A stretch of DNA of 64,000 nt, taken from the NCBI GenBank assembly GCA_963849405.1, contig CAWKHG010000007.1:3243-67242 (forward strand), written 5' to 3'. This stretch comes from an uncultured Chloroflexia bacterium. Lineage in GTDB: Bacteria > Chloroflexota > Limnocylindria > Limnocylindrales > CSP1-4. Of this stretch, positions 54,098-64,000 are shown in pieces; the first letter of the stretch is position 1; every line of letters begins with the position of its first letter. The position numbers and the translations under genes were made by a program. A model generated the notes under the pieces. That model saw only the letters and a list, made by a program, of their open reading frames with translations, did no database searches and was not told the DNA's origin.

Positions 54098-55495
54098 ATG
54101 ACCGACCTGCTCGTCCGGGGCGGGACGGTCGTGACCGCCGGTGGCTCGCGCCGGGCCGACGTCCTGGTCTCCGATGGCCGGATCGAGGCGCTCCTCGAGC
54201 CGGACGAGGGCGAGCGGGCGGCGACCTCCGCGCGCGACGTCGAGGACGCCACGGGCCTGCTCATCCTGCCCGGCGTCATCGACGTCCACACCCACACCCG
54301 GGTCGCCTCGGACGACGAGCCGGACCGGTTCTTCCAGGACACCGTGGCCGCCGCGTTCGGCGGCACCACGACGCTCTTCGCGTTCAACAACCCGAAGACC
54401 GGATCGTCCGACGCCGCGGAGCGTTCGCTCGTCACTGGCATGCACGAGTGGCGGGCGGTGACGGCCGGCGATGCCGCGATCGATGTCGCGCCGAGCCTGT
54501 CGATGAGCGGCCGGGCCGACGACCCGATCGCCGAGATCCCGGCCATCGTCGACGGAGGCGTTCCCACCGCCAAAGCCTTCATGGTCTACGACTTCCGATT
54601 GGACGACCGGCGGCTGTTCGACGCGATGGGCGCGATGGGCCGGGCCGGCGGGATGCTCGAGGTCCACTGCGAGGACCCGGTCCTCATCGATGCCGGCGTT
54701 TCCGCGGCGCTCGCCCGGGGAGACACCCGGCCGCGCGACCACGCCGTCTCCCGGACCCCTGCGGCGGAGGCCGTGGCCACCAATCGGGCGCTGGCGTTCG
54801 CGCAGGCGGCCGATGCCCCGATCCACATCGTCCACCTGTCCTCGGCGCTGGCCCTCAGCCAGGTTCGGCGGGCGAAGAAGGCGGGCGTTCGGGTCTCGGT
54901 CGAGACGTGTCCCCACTACCTGACGTTCACGTCCGATCGGTACGACGGCACGGACGAGGAGGCGATCCGCTACGTCATCTCGCCACCGTTGCGGACGACC
55001 TGGGATCGTGAGGCGCTGTGGGCCGGGCTGGCGGACGGGACGCTCGACCTCGTCGCCACCGACCACGTCCCGGATCGACTCGCCGTGGAGAAGCGGGTGC
55101 CGGCGCCGCCGTTCCCGGAGATCAGCAACGGCGCACCGGGCGTGGAGACGCTGCTCGCCATCGTGTACGGCGAGGGCGTCGCGCGCGGCAGGATCACGGT
55201 GGAGCGGATGGTCGACCTGCTGTCGACGACGCCGGCGCGGCGATTCGGCGTGACGCGCAAGGGGGCGATCGAGCCCGGCCTCGATGCCGATCTCGTCCTC
55301 TTCGACCCCGGCGCCCGACGGACGATCCGGGCCGCCGAGCTCCATCACACGAGCGACTACACCCCCTACGAGGGGCTCGAGGTGGCCGGTGCGGTCCGTT
55401 CGGTGTTCGTCCGCGGCCGGGCGGTCGTGCGCGACGGGCTCTTCGTCGGGCAGCGCGGCTACGGCCGGTTCGTGGAGCGCAGAATCAGCGCCTGA
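54098..55495 (+). CDS. Cyclic amidohydrolase (dihydropyrimidinase/hydantoinase-like; allantoinase role inferred from context)
   Basis: PGVIDVHTH, KAFMVY (carboxylated Lys), VHCED, HIVHLS, ETCPHYL, SPPLR and ATDH. Confidence 0.88.
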   Translation: MTDLLVRGGTVVTAGGSRRADVLVSDGRIEALLEPDEGERAATSARDVEDATGLLILPGVIDVHTHTRVASDDEPDRFFQDTVAAAFGGTTTLFAFNNPKTGSSDAAERSLVTGMHEWRAVTAGDAAIDVAPSLSMSGRADDPIAEIPAIVDGGVPTAKAFMVYDFRLDDRRLFDAMGAMGRAGGMLEVHCEDPVLIDAGVSAALARGDTRPRDHAVSRTPAAEAVATNRALAFAQAADAPIHIVHLSSALALSQVRRAKKAGVRVSVETCPHYLTFTSDRYDGTDEEAIRYVISPPLRTTWDREALWAGLADGTLDLVATDHVPDRLAVEKRVPAPPFPEISNGAPGVETLLAIVYGEGVARGRITVERMVDLLSTTPARRFGVTRKGAIEPGLDADLVLFDPGARRTIRAAELHHTSDYTPYEGLEVAGAVRSVFVRGRAVVRDGLFVGQRGYGRFVERRISA

Positions 55496-55517
55496 CCGAC
55501 CGCCTCGAGGAGCCGCC

Positions 55518-55892
55518 ATGCCGCCCACCGCCAGCCACCCCCAGACCATCGCGTACTACTACCTGATCCGCTGGGGCAACGTGGACGAGTTCATCGAGCT
55601 CTTCGAGCGCAACCACTGGCCGATCCTGCGCGAGCAGCTCGCGGCCGGCCGCTTCACGGACGTCCGCGCCTACGCCCCGCGCTTCCACGGCGACGGCCGG
55701 GCCGACTGGAACTTCCTCGTCACGATCACGTACCGGAACTGGTCGGCCATCCAGGACCACTCGGACGCGGAGATCGCCGCGCGCCTCTACCCGGACCAGA
55801 AGACGTTCGCGGCCGAGGAGGCGCACCGTTTCTCGCTCCTCGAGGCCCACTGGGACGTCCCGCTCGAGGAGCGCGTCCTGCCCGCCGGCTGA
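55518..55892 (+). CDS. Hypothetical 124-aa protein, possibly a dimeric alpha/beta-barrel fold
   Basis: GAGGAG SD; beta-alpha-beta-beta pattern with conserved-looking His/Trp/Glu residues. Confidence 0.7.
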   Translation: MPPTASHPQTIAYYYLIRWGNVDEFIELFERNHWPILREQLAAGRFTDVRAYAPRFHGDGRADWNFLVTITYRNWSAIQDHSDAEIAARLYPDQKTFAAEEAHRFSLLEAHWDVPLEERVLPAG

Positions 55893-55934
55893 GCCGCGGG
55901 TGTGCGATCCGCGCCGTCCATTACCATCGCGGTG

Positions 55935-56615
55935 ATGGACCAGCCAGAACGATCCGGGGCGCCGACGGCGTCCGATCCGGCGATGGGCGAGCGGTACCTC
56001 GTGCTCGCCGACATCACCGGCTACACCGGCTTCATGGCCGGCGTCGAGCAGGAACACGCGGTCGACTTCAGCGGGGGCATCCCCGTCGGGTATTCCGTGC
56101 TCGGGGCGCTCCTGAACGCCGTCATCGAGGGTCTCGCGCCCGACTTCGAGGTCGTCAAGCTCGAGGGCGACGCGGTCTTCGCCGCCGCATCGGCGTCCAG
56201 CCTCGATGGCCAGGGCGAGCGGGTCGCCGGCCGACTCGGGACGATGTACCGATCCTTCACCGATGCGCGCACCAATGCGATGCCGGCCAGCGATCACATC
56301 TGCATCGCCTGCCCCGCCGTGGCCCACCTCGATCTCAAGGCGGTGCTCCATCGCGGGACGGCCGTTCGCCAGACGGTCGGGTCCGGCAGCGACCTGCTCG
56401 GCCCGGCGGTGACGGTCGCCCATCGGCTGCTCAAGAACACGATCCGGGAGCGGATCGGCACCCGTCCCTACCTGTTCGTGACCGACGCCGCGGCGACCGC
56501 GCTCGGCCTGTCGGAGGCCGGCCTCGCCCACGGTGAGTCGTATGCGGATGCCGGCGAGGTGCACGGCCGGATCCTCGACCTCGGTCAGCCGGTCGGCGGA
56601 CCCGCGTTCGCCTGA
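55935..56615 (+). CDS. DUF2652 family (class III nucleotidyl-cyclase-like fold)
   Basis: LADITGYT, KLEGDAV, C.C..C-like CIAC, LKAVLHRG and VTVAHRLLKN. Confidence 0.8.
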   Translation: MDQPERSGAPTASDPAMGERYLVLADITGYTGFMAGVEQEHAVDFSGGIPVGYSVLGALLNAVIEGLAPDFEVVKLEGDAVFAAASASSLDGQGERVAGRLGTMYRSFTDARTNAMPASDHICIACPAVAHLDLKAVLHRGTAVRQTVGSGSDLLGPAVTVAHRLLKNTIRERIGTRPYLFVTDAAATALGLSEAGLAHGESYADAGEVHGRILDLGQPVGGPAFA

Positions 56616-56644
56616 GCCTGCGCAGCCCGAGCGGCCGCGGCGCC

Positions 56645-58213
56645 TCAGTCGAGGAGGCGGTAGGCGCCCAGGGTCAGGAACTCCGCGAAGTCGTCGGACA
56701 GGACGAGGTCGTCGAGGAGCGTCGCAGCCTCCGCCAGGCGGCCCGCAGAGGGACCACCCAGCGCGGCGAGCTCCTCGTCGCGGATCGTCGCGTACAGCTC
56801 CGGCGTGATCGCCCGGCCGTCGTCGAGGCGGTCGCCACGGGCACGCCAGAGCCAGAGCTGGGAACGGGCGATCTCGGCCGTGGCCGCGTCTTCCATGAGG
56901 TTGTTCAGGGCGGCTGCGCCGTTGCCGCGCAACCAGGAGTCGAGGTACGCGAGCGCGACCGACACGTTCGCCCGCAGCCCCGCCTCGGTGCGTTTGCCGC
57001 CGGCGATCCGCAGGTCGAGCAGCTCGGCGGGCGAGCCCTGGGCCTCCCCGACCCGGCGACCCTTCTGGTGCGGCGCCGACCCCAGCACGGCCGTGAAGAC
57101 CTCGTCGGCGAGGGGCACGAGATCGGGATGGGCGACCCACGTCCCGTCGAACCCGTCCGACGATTCGCGCTCCTTGTCCTCGCGGACGCGGGCCATCGCG
57201 ACCGCGTTCACTTCGGCGTCCCGGCGCGACGGGATGAATGCCGCCATCCCGCCGATCGCGTGGGCGCCGCGCCGATGGCAGGTCCGGACGAGTCGCTCCG
57301 TGTACGAGCGCATGAACGGGACCGTCATCGTCAGCTGGGCGCGGTCCGGGAGGTCCACCTCGGGCCGAGCGCGCAGGTTCTTGATGAGGCTGAACAGGTA
57401 GTCCCAGCGCCCGGCGTTGAGCCCGGCGGAGTGGTCGCGCAGCTCCCACAGGATCTCGTCCATCTGGAAGGCGGCCGGGATCGTCTCGATGAGGACGGTC
57501 GCGCGGACCGATCCCTGCCGGACGCCCAGGGCCTCCTGCGCCGCGACGAACACGTCGTTCCAGAGCCGTGCCTCGAGATGATGCTCGAGCTTGGGCAGGT
57601 ACATGTACGGTCCGCTGCCGTGAGACAGGGTCTCAGTCGCGTTGTGGAAGAACCACAGCCCGAAGTCCACCAGGCTGGCACTCAGCGGGGAGCCGTCGAG
57701 GAGCAGGTGGCGCTCGTCGAGGTGCCAGCCGCGTGGCCGGACGAGGAGCGTGGCGGTCCTGTCGGCGAGGCGGTACGCCTTTCCGGACGCCGGGTCGTCG
57801 AACGTCAGCTCGCGACGGACCGCCGCCCGGAGCGCCAGCTGGCCACCCACGACGTTGGCCCAGGTCGGCGAGAGGGCATCCTCCAGGTCGGCCATGAAGA
57901 CGCGGGCGCCCGAATTGAGGGCGTTGATCATCATCTTCGGCTCGGCCGGGCCGGTGATCTCGACCCGCCGGTCGTCCAGGTCGGCCGGGGCAGCGGCCAC
58001 GGACCAGTCGGACGAGCGGATCTCCGCCGTCTCCGGGAGAAGGTCGAGCGTCCCGCCCGCCGCCAACGCCGCCCGGCGTTCCGCGCGGGCAGCGAGGAGC
58101 GTGCGACGCCTGGGCTCGAACGCTCGCGCGAGGCCCTCGACGAAGGCGAGCGCTTCGGGGGTCAGGATCTCGTCGGCGCCCGCAACGGGCGCGCCGGCCA
58201 CCTGGATCGTCAC
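56645..58213 (-). CDS. aceB: Malate synthase A
   Basis: [48 protein letters not shown] and [16 protein letters not shown]. Confidence 0.95.
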   Translation of the reverse strand: MTIQVAGAPVAGADEILTPEALAFVEGLARAFEPRRRTLLAARAERRAALAAGGTLDLLPETAEIRSSDWSVAAAPADLDDRRVEITGPAEPKMMINALNSGARVFMADLEDALSPTWANVVGGQLALRAAVRRELTFDDPASGKAYRLADRTATLLVRPRGWHLDERHLLLDGSPLSASLVDFGLWFFHNATETLSHGSGPYMYLPKLEHHLEARLWNDVFVAAQEALGVRQGSVRATVLIETIPAAFQMDEILWELRDHSAGLNAGRWDYLFSLIKNLRARPEVDLPDRAQLTMTVPFMRSYTERLVRTCHRRGAHAIGGMAAFIPSRRDAEVNAVAMARVREDKERESSDGFDGTWVAHPDLVPLADEVFTAVLGSAPHQKGRRVGEAQGSPAELLDLRIAGGKRTEAGLRANVSVALAYLDSWLRGNGAAALNNLMEDAATAEIARSQLWLWRARGDRLDDGRAITPELYATIRDEELAALGGPSAGRLAEAATLLDDLVLSDDFAEFLTLGAYRLLD

Positions 58214-59118
58214 CAGCCACCTGCCTCGCGGATGAGTCGATGGAGGACCCGCGCCGCGACGGCACGACGGTACTCCGCCGTAGAGCGGACGTCCTCGATC
58301 GGCGAGATCTCGCCGGAGAGCGTGTCGGCCGCCCGGTCCGCCGTCTCGGGCGTGGGACGGGAACCCTCGAGGAGGCGTTCGGTCGCGCGGGCACGGATCG
58401 GCGTCGCCGCCACCGAACCGAGAGCCAGCCGCACCTCGCGCCAGACTCGCGGCCCGAGGCGCGTTGCGCCGGCCTCGTCCCGCCAGGACAGGGCCATGAC
58501 GACCTTGCTGATGGCCTGTGCTCGGCGTGTCCCCACCTTGTGATACCGGGTCTCACGGCCGGGCGCGAGAGGCAACCGGATCCGCAGGACGAGCTCGTCG
58601 GGGGCGAGCGCCGTCTTCCGGTAGGCGGGCCAGAACCGCTCGGCCGGGACCGACCGTTCGCCGCGCGGCCCGCCCACATCGATCATCGCGTCGGTCGCGA
58701 GGAGGACCGGCAGCGAGTCGCCGGCCGGCGATGCATTCGCGATGTTGCCGCCGAGCGTCGCCCGGTTCTGGATCTGCGCCGCGCCGATGGTCGCGGCCGC
58801 GTCGACGAGCGCCGGCACGAGCTCGCGGCACAGGACGGACTGGCGGATCTCCGCGAACGTCGTGAGGGCCCCGAGGACGAGCGAGCCCGGATCGTCCGAG
58901 CCGTCGTCGGCCGGCTGGACGGCGATGCCGCGGAGCTCGTCGAGATGCCACAGGTCGAGGCAGGCCTCGGGCGGCGCGCCGATCTCGCCGGTGATCTGGA
59001 CGAGCAGGTCCGTGGCGCCGGCGACGGGACGGAGCGGTGCCTCGGCGGACGCGTCGGCCAGGAGCCCATAGGCCTCGGCGAGCGTCCGAGGGCTCGAGAC
59101 CGCCGGCTCGACGACCAT
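58210..59118 (-). CDS. Xanthine dehydrogenase-family FAD-binding subunit
   Basis: [41 protein letters not shown] and DVRSTAEYR. Confidence 0.92.
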   Translation of the reverse strand: MVVEPAVSSPRTLAEAYGLLADASAEAPLRPVAGATDLLVQITGEIGAPPEACLDLWHLDELRGIAVQPADDGSDDPGSLVLGALTTFAEIRQSVLCRELVPALVDAAATIGAAQIQNRATLGGNIANASPAGDSLPVLLATDAMIDVGGPRGERSVPAERFWPAYRKTALAPDELVLRIRLPLAPGRETRYHKVGTRRAQAISKVVMALSWRDEAGATRLGPRVWREVRLALGSVAATPIRARATERLLEGSRPTPETADRAADTLSGEISPIEDVRSTAEYRRAVAARVLHRLIREAGGW

Positions 59119-59121
59119 CGC

Positions 59122-59232
59122 TCAGCGCCCCCGGCGACGGAAGACGAGGAAGCTCACGACCACTACGACGATCACGAGGGCCGCCACGACGAGGAGGCTC
59201 TGCGGATCGATGACCGGGATCATCACGTCCAT
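59122..59232 (-). CDS. Possible 36-aa single-pass membrane microprotein inside the xdh operon
   Basis: MDVMIPVIDPQSLLVVAALVIVVVVVSFLVFRRRGR; starts 1 nt after the 2Fe-2S stop and ends 3 nt before the FAD-subunit ATG. Confidence 0.55.
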   Translation of the reverse strand: MDVMIPVIDPQSLLVVAALVIVVVVVSFLVFRRRGR

Positions 59233-59233
59233 C

Positions 59234-59809
59234 TCAGGTTGCCCCCTCGGCAGTTCGGCGGTCCGCGGCGAGCGCGATGGCCTCGACGATCTTGGTGTAC
59301 CCCGTACAGCGACAGAGGTTTCCGGCGATCGCCTCGCGGATCGTGTCCTCGGTCGGCGCGGCGCCGGAGGCGAGGAACGCATGGCCCGCCATAAGCATCC
59401 CGGGCGTGCAGATGCCGCATTGGGCGCCGCCCGTCTCGAGGAACGCGCGTTGCAGGATGTCGAGGTCGTCCAAGGACGGTGGCGCGTCCGTGCGCCGGGC
59501 CGTGCGCCGCGCCACCGCGGCGCCTTCGCTCGGGAGTCTTGCGCCTTCGCTCGGGAGCCCTGCCCGTGCCGGCGCGAGTCCCTCTACCGTCCGGATCTCG
59601 GTGCCATCCACCTGGCAGACCGGGACGAGGCACGAATCGACGATGACGCCGTCGACGAGGACCGAACAGGCCCCGCACTCGCCCTCGCCACAGCCCTCCT
59701 TCGTGCCGGTCAGCCCCAGGTCCTCGCGGAGGACGTCGAGCAGCCGCCGCATCCCGGGCACGTCGAGCTCGGTCGCGGCGCCGTTGACCGTGAAGGCCAG
59801 CGCGCTCAT
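59234..59809 (-). CDS. Xanthine dehydrogenase-family (2Fe-2S) subunit
   Basis: GTKEGCGEGECGACSV, DSCL, QCGICTPG and GNLCRCTGY. Confidence 0.95.
   Translation of the reverse strand: MSALAFTVNGAATELDVPGMRRLLDVLREDLGLTGTKEGCGEGECGACSVLVDGVIVDSCLVPVCQVDGTEIRTVEGLAPARAGLPSEGARLPSEGAAVARRTARRTDAPPSLDDLDILQRAFLETGGAQCGICTPGMLMAGHAFLASGAAPTEDTIREAIAGNLCRCTGYTKIVEAIALAADRRTAEGAT
59520..59557. repeat. 17-bp direct repeat with a 21-bp period, giving an in-frame LPSEGA duplication
   Basis: GCGCCTTCGCTCGGGAG at 59520-36 and 59541-57. Confidence 0.85.
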
Positions 59810-59816
59810 GGCGTGC

Positions 59817-62236
59817 TCACGCGGCACCCGCGCGCGCCGGATCGCCGCCATCGTCCGCGCCGCCGACCGCGTCCAGAGCGCCGAGCGCTTCGAGGATCCG
59901 TTCCGGACTGGCCGGCAGGTCGGGGATCCAGACTCCGACCGCGTCGTGGATCGCGGCCACGACCGCCGGGGCCCCCACGTCCATCGGCAGCTCGCCGACC
60001 CCCTTGGCGCCATGGGGAACGCCGTCGAAGGGCGCCTCGACGAGGATCGTGCTGATCCGCGGCGCGTCGAGCGCGGTCGGGATGATGTACGTCGCGAGCC
60101 GATCGTTCAGGTACCGGCCGTCGGTGAGCTTGATCTCCTCGATCGTCGCGTAGCCGACGGCCTGGAGCGTGCCGCCCTCGACCTGTCCCTCGGCCAGGAT
60201 CGGATGGATGACCCGTCCCACGTCGTCCGCCGCGACGACGCTCCGGACGGCGACCTCGCCGGTATCGAGGTCGACATCCACCTCGGCGACCGCCGCCGCC
60301 CACCCGAAGGCCGGATACGCGTCGCCGGTGTACGTCGCGTCGTCGAACGGGACGCCCGGATACGGCTCGAACTTCTCGTCGATCCGGGTCGCGCCGTGGG
60401 CCTTGGCGTCCGCCTGGTACGTGTCGGCGAACGCGCCACCGGTTCGGGCCTCCACCTCCGCGCGCAGCCGGCGGCTCGCCCCGATCACGAGGCCGCCGAC
60501 GACCATCGCCGTCCGCGATGCCACGGTCGGGCCGGAATCGGGCACGAACGCCGTATCGACCGGCGCGATCTCGACAGCCTCGACGGGCACCCCGAGCTCC
60601 GCGGCAGCCAGCTGGGGGAAGATCGTCTTCGTCCCCTGGCCCATCTCGGTCGATCCGGTCAGGACGACGATCGTGCCCTCGGAGGTGAGCTCGACGGACG
60701 CCACCGACGCGAGGTGGACCTCGCCCGAACCGGTGAACCCGGCGCCGTGCCAGGCAAGCGCGAGCCCGATCCCGTGGGCGCTCCGATGCCGGCCGCCATC
60801 GAACGGGGTGGGCGGGATGAGCCCCGAGCCGGCCCGGTCGGCACGCGCCCGCGCCGTCCGCTCACGCACCCGTTCGTACTCGGACGCCTCCGCCGCGCGC
60901 TCGAGCACCTCCTCGCCGGCCACGCTGTCGAGCAGCACCTGGCCGGTCGGGGTGACGTCGCCCGGCCGGTAGACCCACTTCCGGCGCAGCTCGAGCGGCG
61001 ACATGTCGAGCGCCTCGGCGACGCGGTTCACCTGCATCTCCGCGGCGAACTCCGTCTGCGGCGCGCCGAAGCCACGGAACGCCCCGTTCGGTGGCGTGTT
61101 CGTGGCCACGACCCGCGAGTGGATGCGGACGTTGGGGCACTTGTACGGGCCGCCGGCGTGCAGGGTCCCCCGCGACAGGACGACCGGGCTCAGCGTGCAG
61201 TACGCCCCGCCGTCCATGAGGATCTCGATCTCCTGGGCGATGAGCTCGCCGTCGTTCGTCACGCCACTGCGGTAGCGGACGATCGCCGGATGGCGCTTCG
61301 TCGTCGCGGCGATGTCCTCGTGCCGGTCGTAGATCATCCGGACCGGTCTTTTCGCCGCGCGCGCCAGCAGCGCCGCGTGGATCGCGAGGATCGACGGGTA
61401 CTCCTCCTTGCCGCCGAAGCCACCGCCGGTCTCCGCCTGGACGACCTGGGCGCCGTCGTCGTCGAGCGACAGCGCCCGCTTGAGCGCCCGATGCACGTAG
61501 TACGGGCACTGGAGGCGAGCCGTGGACGGTCACCCCGCCGTCCGCCCGGGGCACCGCGATCATCGCGTTGTTCTCGATGTACAGCTGCTCCTGGTGGCCG
61601 ACCCGGTACTCGCCCTCGATCACGATGTCGGCGGCGGCCATCGCGGCATCGACCTCGCCGCGCTCGATCGCGTACCGCGCGAAGACGTGCTCGCTCTCGA
61701 GCGGGTCGAGGATCGGGGTGCGCTTCTCGGTCCGGGGATGCGAGACGCGACGCGGCCTCGCGCAGGGTCGCCCGGTCGGGTGCCGCGATGAGCGCGAGGG
61801 GCTCGGCATGGTGGCGGATCTCGCCGCCGACCGGGACCAGGATCGGCTGGTCCTCCTGGATGAGGCTCACGATGTTCGGGCCGGGGATGTCGGCCGCCGT
61901 GACGACGACGACCTTGGTCCAGTCGAAGTCCTCGTCGCGATCGAACGCGATCAGTCGCGCGTGGGCATCCGCGCTCCGGATCGTGGCTCCGTACCAGGCG
62001 CCCGGGAAGACGAGGTCGTCGGTGTACAGGGCGACGCCGGTGAGCTTGGCCGGACCCTCGCGGCGCAGCGGGCCGGCCGCGCGGGCACGGCCGGGGACGG
62101 TCGTGCCGCGCGGTACGACAAGGGGCGCTGGATGCGTCGTCGGGGCCGCTGGCGCAACGGGCGTGCGGCCGGCGTCGAAGGCACGCTCAGGAAGGCCGTC
62201 TGACGTCGGACCGGCCGATCCGCTGGGGGTCGTCAC
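59817..62236 (-). CDS. Xanthine dehydrogenase-family molybdopterin-binding subunit; frameshifts near 61.5 and 61.7 kb
   Basis: KLTGVALYTDD, HQEQLYIE, GGGFGGKE, GAFRGFGAPQ, EMGQG, QVEGG and GAKGVGE. Confidence 0.92.
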
Positions 62237-62327
62237 GAGGCTGGGGCGTCTCCTCGCTGGCGTCGTCGGTGCGTGGTTCGTTCAGGCGACGATGCCGCCC
62301 ACCCCGCGGGCTGTCAAGGGTCCGGCG

Positions 62328-62846
62328 TCAATGATCGACCTTGGCCTTGTCGAGCGCCGCGCGTATCTCTACATGGTGGTCGCGCCAGGCATCCCAGACG
62401 GAGGCCGCCCACGCTCGTGCCCGGCTGTCGTGCTCGGCCTGGTCCGCGGCGCCGGCGACATCGAGCAGCGTGAGTTGGCCCGGGCCGTGGGCGCGCTCGA
62501 GGATCGGGTAGTCCGTGCGGCTCGCCAGCACCCGCCGGAGCACGTCCGGGGAGCGGGCAGGCGTCCCGCCACGCTCGAGTACCGCGCACAGGGAGGCAAG
62601 GTGGACGAACACGGACTGGCGGTCCCGGCGATCCGTGCCGTCGCCGGGATGCTGGGCCATGTACGTGTCGACGATGAGGTTGTTCTCGGGCGAGCCGGGG
62701 AAGCGCTGCATCTCGTCGGCCCTGAGGGCACCGAAGGCCGCCCAGCAGCCGGGCGCGCTCGGGACGTAGACGTGCCGCGGGCCGTCGATGTCCGGGACGA
62801 GCGCGCCGCACTGGGGACACGCGACCGCGGGTGCGTCGCTGTGCAT
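62328..62846 (-). CDS. DUF5946-like protein
   Basis: CPQCGA…SAPGCW…VDTYMAQHP…VHLASLC…W...VW..W..H. Confidence 0.7.
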   Translation of the reverse strand: MHSDAPAVACPQCGALVPDIDGPRHVYVPSAPGCWAAFGALRADEMQRFPGSPENNLIVDTYMAQHPGDGTDRRDRQSVFVHLASLCAVLERGGTPARSPDVLRRVLASRTDYPILERAHGPGQLTLLDVAGAADQAEHDSRARAWAASVWDAWRDHHVEIRAALDKAKVDH

Positions 62847-62850
62847 CGGG

Positions 62851-64000
62851 TCAGTCGCGGCCGCGGCGGAGGGCTCGGCCGGGCGGGGCGCCCGTGTGCT
62901 TGCCGCCATCCACGACGAGGGTGCCGTTGACAGCGACGTACTGGATGCCCTCGGGGAACTGGCGCGGCTCCTCGTACGTGGCCAGGGAACGGACCGTCGC
63001 CGGGTCGAACACGACGAGGTCCGCCGCGAGCCCGTCGGCGAGGCGGCCGCGGTCGTCAGGCCCAGGCGGGCGGCCGGGGCGCCGGTCATCTTGTGGACGG
63101 CCGCCTCGAGCCCGAGCCAGCGCTCCTCGCGGACGAGCTGGCCGAGGATGCGCGGGAAGAGCCATACGTCCGCGGGCGACGGCTTGTCGCCGATGAGGAC
63201 GCTGTCCGTGCCCACCATCGACGACCGGGTGGCGATAGGAACTGGCGGATGCCGTCGAGGTGCGGGCCCGGGCGTCACCTGGTTGACCTGGAGGTCCTCC
63301 GCGAGGAGCAGGTCGCAGATCGCGTCGACGGCTCGCGCGCCCGTCGTCGCGCAGGACCTCGCCGAGCGTCCGGCCCTCCCAGGCCCGATGCTCGGGCAGC
63401 GCGAGAGTCGCCCAGCGCGGATCGTCCCAGGCGCCGGCGCCGGCGAACATCGTGCCCCGTGCCTTGCATCTCGTCGCGGATCCGGGCGCGCACCGCCCGA
63501 TCGGCGAGGCGCTCCTTCAGCCGGTCCGGCCCGCCCGCCTGGACCCAGGTCGGCAGCATGATCAGCAGGCGCGTGCTCGACCACTCGTACGGGTAGAGGT
63601 CGAACGTGACGTCGAGGCCCTCGGCGCGGGCGTCGTCGACCAGGGCGAGCATCTGCTCCGGCGGTCCCGGCGAACGTCGCCCGATGGTAGAAGTGGGTGA
63701 TGTGGGCCGGCGCCCCGCTCCGGCGCCCGATCTCGATCGCCTCCCGGAACGGGTCCAGGAACCCGTCGCCCAGCGGGTAGCGGACGTGGGTGTGGTAGAT
63801 CCCGCCGAGTCGGCCGGCCTCCCTGGCGATCGCCGCGAGCTCCTCGGTCGTCGCGTAGGCGCCCGGCGGGTAGTCGAGCCCGGTCGACAGCCCGAACGCC
63901 CCGTCCTCCATCGCCTCGCGGAGCATCGCGCCGCTGGTCCTCGATGGCGCGTTCGTCGGCCGCGCACGTCGTCCCAGCCGAGCGCGGCGATCCGGAGCGG
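62851..64000 (-). CDS. N-acyl-D-amino-acid deacylase family amidohydrolase; 5'-truncated by the window edge and frameshifted
   Basis: GAFGLSTGLDYPPG, YHTHVR, HITHF, FDLYPY, AVHKMT, ADLVVFDP and YVAVNG. Confidence 0.88.

Noticed and set aside
58210-62236. Aerobic CO dehydrogenase (cox) operon
   Set aside because: The active-site loop reads GAFRGFG rather than AYxCSFR, and the purine-catabolism context fits xanthine dehydrogenase.

Overview
A very GC-rich chromosomal window, probably Chloroflexota- or Actinomycetota-like (an inference from gene content). No tRNA, rRNA, CRISPR array or transposase is recognisable. Many genes are broken by single-base indels (1-4, 7-15, 30-35, 37.7-38.8 and 61-64 kb) while others are intact, which looks like long-read consensus error rather than real pseudogenes. 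In order, the window holds: a peptide ABC transporter; TauE/DUF1634; AzlCD; RidA; an M20 hydrolase; a cyanophycin locus (cphB-cphA plus a convergent CphA paralog that lacks the ATP-grasp domain); VanZ, GT87 and an MFS; a ~214-nt intergenic rod-shaped hairpin with 6S-RNA-like geometry; lhr-nei plus a class II GATase; DoxX, AcuC-like deacetylase, orphan ClpP and TatA; an amidohydrolase; MUG; a NUDIX-degenerate MBL fusion, GNAT and YyaL; a Ca/H exchanger; MerR-MFS; a large secreted subtilisin with three copies of a repeat domain I cannot assign and a PT linker; an SLH-anchored lysyl oxidase; a papain-like protein; an F420 LLM oxidoreductase; a lipoprotein; ku-ligD next to two PD-(D/E)xK nuclease genes; and a purine-catabolism cluster (xdh, uricase, uraH, uraD, cyclic amidohydrolase, malate synthase) with a pathway gap and DUF3830. 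The best novelty candidates are the G-domain-less CphA paralog, LOX-SLH with the repeat-bearing subtilisin, the DUF3830 pathway hole and the 6S-like RNA. All family assignments come from recognising motifs by eye; no searches were run.
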